A DNA stretch of 64,000 nucleotides from Lama glama (Eukaryota): NCBI GenBank assembly GCA_028534125.1, contig CM052817.1, positions 622,001 through 686,000 of the forward strand. Reading direction: 5' to 3'. A program made the translations under genes and the position numbers. Numbering within the stretch: position 1 is the stretch's first letter; every line of letters starts with the position of its first letter. Below, piece after piece: positions 60,945 to 64,000 of the stretch. The notes under the pieces were generated by a model that was not told the DNA's origin, ran no database searches, and saw nothing but the letters and a program-made list of their open reading frames with translations.

Positions 60945-61335
60945 AGTATCTACTTGTTACCAGTTGGTGAGTGACCAGCCACCCCAAAACCCGGTGCCTT
61001 CAACTGCCACCACGTCTGTTTTGCCCACGAGCCACACGTGGGCAGGCTCAGCAGGCAGCTGGTCCCTGCTCTTGGTGTCAGTGGGTGGAGTGGTCAAGAG
61101 GCCGTTTCGCTCACGGCCAAGGGTGTCATGCTGGGCTGGGACCTTAGCAGGGCCTGGAGCCCCTGCCTGTGGGCTCTACGTGGCTGGGGCTTCCTCCAAG
61201 CCTGGGGGCCAGTTCCCAGTGGCATCTGCCTTTTATGACGGAATCTGAGAAGTCAGCCAGCCCACTGGCATGTTTTTTCAGGGCAGAGGGCCTCACTGTG
61301 CCATTCAATAGAGGAACGTTAAGGACAGTGCGCTG
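60945..61335 (-). mobile_element. MaLR LTR (old MLT1-like)
   Basis: 'ccaccccaaaacccggtgccttcaac...tgggcaggctcagcaggcagctggtc...tggggcttcctcc...gccttttatgac...gaagtca'. Confidence 0.65.
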
Positions 61336-62209
61336 GTGGTACCTGCTGCGTGTCTGGGTCAGGAGCAAACCGTCCTTGCTCGCCGTGGGGGCTTCCTCCC
61401 AGCCGGCGGGGCCCCTCGCCCAGCCACCCACCTACCAGCAAGCTCCTCCCCCGCCCTCCCCCTGCCCCTCCCGGTAGGAGAGGCCCACCAGCAGTGGGAA
61501 CTTCAGCCAGTTCTCAGAGGGGCCCCGGGGGCGGGGGTCTCCCCACACCCGCCCTTTCCTTGCTGTTCTCTGCAGGCCCCCAGGACCCATCCTCCCACCA
61601 GAGGGGCTCCCCCCGCTCTGTGTGCTCACAGCTCTCTCTTCCGGCTCCGCCGACGTCCCAGATTCACCTTCCGGGACCTGGAAGACAGGCGGCCTCCTTG
61701 TCCATCCTGGTTTTCTTCGTTTGTATTTCACAGCAATTGCTCTAATTGTTAAAGATCAGAGCAAAAGAGTAACGTTCACTCTTCTCATGGGAGATGCAGC
61801 CGACCGGGTGTCCCCAGCACAGCGGTGTCACCAAGGATGTGGCGTGAGACGACGCTTTTGGGGCACCCGGGGCAGCGCAGTGCCCACAATCACGATTTGT
61901 CGGGTCCTCGCAGGTCTCGGGTGGGGGCTGGCGCTCACTCACCTGCCACACGTGCAGGGGAAGCACGTCTGGGTTTCTGCTGCCCCTCTCACCGGGGATG
62001 GCACCTGGGTTCCCCACAGGCCCAGCACAGGCCAGCTCCAGAGCCCCTTCCCCAAGGAGGTGGGACCCTCCCTCAGCCGGAGGGGTGGGAACCGGGCTCT
62101 CAGAGTTAACCCCTCTTCATTGTGAACAAGCCTTCACTGAGAACTTCCCTGCTGGACCCTGGGTGGTTCCTGTCTCCTGATTGGACCCAGGCATATACAA
62201 CCTCTTCGT

Positions 62210-63945
62210 GATTTTTTTTCTCGTTTCTTTATTGCAGTAAAATGTATACAACATAAAATGGATTCTCTTAACCACTTTTAAGCGACAGTTTAGCAGTGTT
62301 AAATACACTTACACTCTTGTGTAGCCAGTACCACTGCCCCCCATGGCTCAGCATCCTGTGACTCTGAAACTCTGTCCCCATTACACAACTCCCCAGCCCC
62401 CAGCCAGCGCCACCCCCGGCCCCTGGCACCCATCTTTAGATTTGACTGCTCTAGGGACCTCCTCTAGGTGGAATCAAACACACAGCATTTGCCTCTTTGT
62501 GACTGATTATGTCCCTGTGTTCCACCGTGTGGACGGCCATGTTGGCTTAATCCATCCACAGACACTCGGGTGGCTTCCACATCTCAGCTGTGGTGGACAT
62601 GCTTCTGTGAGCATGGGTGTGCAAATACCTCTTTGAGACCCTGCTTGCAATTCTTTGGGGTGTATACCCAGAACTGGAATTTCTGGATCCCGTGGTAATT
62701 CTCTGCTTTTTTGAGGGATCTCCATACTGTTCCCCACAGCGGCTACACTACTTTACGTTCCCACCAAGAGTTCATGAGAGCACCAGCTTCTCCACGTCTT
62801 CACCCACACTGGTTCTGTTCTGGTCTTTTGATAGTAGCCTGATGGGTGTGAGGTGGTATCTCGCTGTGGCTTTGGTTTGCACTCCCCTGACGATGAGTGA
62901 CGTGCGCGATTCGTGTTCTTGCTGGCCATTCACACGTCTTCTCTGGAGAAACGTCTGGTCGAGTCCTTTGCCCGTTTTTAATTGGGTTGTTTATTTTGTT
63001 GTTGTTGCTGTGGTGGTGGAGTCTGAGCAGTTCTCTATGTATTCTGGGTATCAGTTCCTCATCAGATATGCAATTTGCAAATATTTCCTCCCACTCTGTG
63101 AGCTGCCTTTTCAATCTCTTGATAGTGTCCTTTGATAGACAAAGTTTTAGATTTTGATTAAGTCCAATTTATTATTTTCTTGCCTGTGCTTTTGGTGTCA
63201 CATCCAAGAAATCATTGCAAAATCCAAAGTCGTGTTTCCCCTTAAGCTTCCCTTCCTTTTGTAGCTCTTACTTTAGGTCCTTGATCCATTTTGAGTTAAT
63301 CTTTGTGTGCAGTGTTAGATAACAGTCCTGCGTCTCTCTTTTGCATGTGGATGTCCAGTCTGCCCAGCACCATTTGTTGAAAAGGCTGTCCTTTCCTTTT
63401 CCCTATCAAAAGATCTTGGCACCCTTGTCAAAAATCATCTGACCACACATGTGCAGGTTTACTCCTGGGCTCTGGGTTCTACTCCACTGGTCTGTATGTC
63501 TGTCCTTACGCCAACACCACACTGTTTTGATCACTATAGTTTTGCAGTAACTTCTGAAATCGGGAACCTTGAGTCCTCCAGTTTTGTTCTTCTTTTTGGA
63601 GATTTTGAGATTCCACGTGAATCTGAGGATGAAATTTTCTATCTCTGCAAAACGCCTTGTTGAAGTTTTGACAGGGATTGTAGACGAGGTCATCTGGGTG
63701 GCATTATCATCTTAGGAAGATCAGATCTTCCAGCCCGTGAGCGTGGGGTGTCCTTCCGCTTCTTCAGGCCTCCCTTAGCTTCTCTCAGCAGTGCTCTGTT
63801 GTTTGCAACGTGCAGTCTTTGAGCCCCCTGGTTACGTTTATTCCTAAGTGTTTTATTCCTTTTGGTGCTATTGTAAATGGAACTGTATTCTCAGTGTCTT
63901 TCTTGGATTATTCATTGTTAGTGTATAGATATCTTACTGATGTTC
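62210..63945 (-). mobile_element. LINE-1 3' portion (L1MB-like): 3'UTR plus ORF2 C-terminus
   Basis: Poly-T start and L1M 3' end. Minus ORFs 62507-62737 (ELPRDPEIPVLGIHPKEL), 62800-63114 (MKRQLTEWEEIFANCISDEELIPRIHRELL) and 63406-63693 (GGLKVPDFRSYCKTIVIKTVWCWRKDRHTDQW) are recognisable ORF2p remnants. Confidence 0.93.
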
Positions 63946-64000
63946 CAGACCCTTACAAATTTAACTGTAGTTTAAAAAGTGCACAAATAGGAATGTGCCT

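Noticed and set aside
62507..63693. ORFs with reverse-transcriptase-protein similarity
   Set aside because: They are frameshifted L1 ORF2 remnants, not a host gene or an active element.
1..64000. Naming the locus or target gene
   Set aside because: Several GC-rich, CNE-dense developmental loci would fit. No exon or sequence here is recognisable enough to assign one without a search.

Overview
This is mammalian genomic DNA, very GC-rich but mostly CpG-depleted, most likely from a camelid, because a tRNA-derived SINE at ~3329-3487 resembles the camelid Vic-1 family as I recall it. I found no credible host protein-coding exon. The ORF track is explained by GC-rich chance ORFs, (CAC/GGT)n tracts and decayed LINE-1 ORF1/ORF2 remnants. 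The window holds old L1, L2, MIR and MLT1 (MaLR) fragments, three GGT/GAT triplet tracts (one spanning a 500-N gap), three small CpG-rich patches, and about 20 short AT-rich, CpG-retaining islands dense in homeodomain, PBX-HOX, MEIS, FOX, T-box, SOX, TCF and octamer motifs. These look like an array of conserved non-coding enhancers of a developmental regulator that lies outside the window. I cannot identify the locus, and conservation is inferred, not measured. The most concrete unusual structure is an ~80-bp copy of L2-like sequence from 41443-41522 inserted about 2 kb upstream (39440-39520) between perfect 15-bp direct repeats. I see no evidence for a novel multi-gene system. Repeat families and boundaries are by-eye calls and approximate.
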